46,217 bases of DNA from a virus (taxonomy: Duplodnaviria > Caudoviricetes), in IMG/VR virus record IMGVR_UViG_3300025018_000217, positions 1 to 46,217 of that record, one strand, 5' to 3'. The notes beneath the pieces were generated by a model. That model did not search any database and was not told the DNA's origin. It saw nothing but the letters and a program-made list of their open reading frames with translations. Numbering within the stretch: the stretch's first letter is position 1; each line of letters opens with the position of its first letter. Shown one piece after another: positions 44,645 through 46,217 of this stretch. Position numbers and translations under genes: made by a program.

Positions 44645-44881
44645 ATGTCATATCAAGCCAATGAACCGGGTACAGAACTTACTTCAGACGAACAAATGGT
44701 ACTCTCCCAGTTGGCTGATTTAGGAACTCCTCATCAAATATTAGAGGTAAATGACTCTGGAACAGGTATAGACTGGATAGATAATACTGGTAGTAGTGGA
44801 GGTGATATTTTAACATCCACTCTTTATGATATAAATGCGATTGGTGGTATTTTATTGGGTTCACAATATTCAATTATTTAA
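44645..44881 (+). CDS. Small fibre-associated protein
   Basis: QILEVNDSGTGIDW fibre-type motif; starts MSYQAN like 1572..2567. Confidence 0.6.
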   Translation: MSYQANEPGTELTSDEQMVLSQLADLGTPHQILEVNDSGTGIDWIDNTGSSGGDILTSTLYDINAIGGILLGSQYSII

Positions 44882-44887
44882 AATAAA

Positions 44888-46217
<1,330 letters not shown>

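Overview
The window looks like a near-complete, circularly permuted genome of a tailed dsDNA phage with podovirus-like organisation. It is AT-rich and uses genetic code 11. The two ends overlap imperfectly inside a collagen-like fibre gene. The plus strand (34126-46217, continuing at 1-20516) carries terminases, portal, a SleB-like hydrolase, scaffold, capsid, collagen-like and LamG fibres, a glycosyltransferase/methyltransferase cluster interrupted by two HNH endonucleases, lysis genes, tail genes and putative ejection proteins. The minus strand (33116 down to 20670) carries small early genes, an SSB-like protein, an AEP primase-SF3 helicase, an SF2 helicase, a RecU-like resolvase, an RHH regulator and a PD-(D/E)XK nuclease. 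A repeat-rich non-coding block at about 33.2-34.1 kb separates the two arms and is the probable origin. I saw no integrase, DNA polymerase, reverse transcriptase, tRNA or CRISPR array. The gene repertoire and Shine-Dalgarno-free starts suggest a Patescibacteria (CPR) host; this is inference. The most notable observations are: (1) intron-less HNH cassettes that cut a glycosyltransferase and supply their own stop, promoter and restart; (2) a putative collagen-fibre glycosylation and methylation system; (3) an orphan DGR-type variable region with no RT or template repeat; (4) early promoters sharing a TGTCGGTG motif plus a DnaA box; (5) structured RNA leaders on the primase and scaffold genes. 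All product calls come from motif recognition by eye, not database searches.
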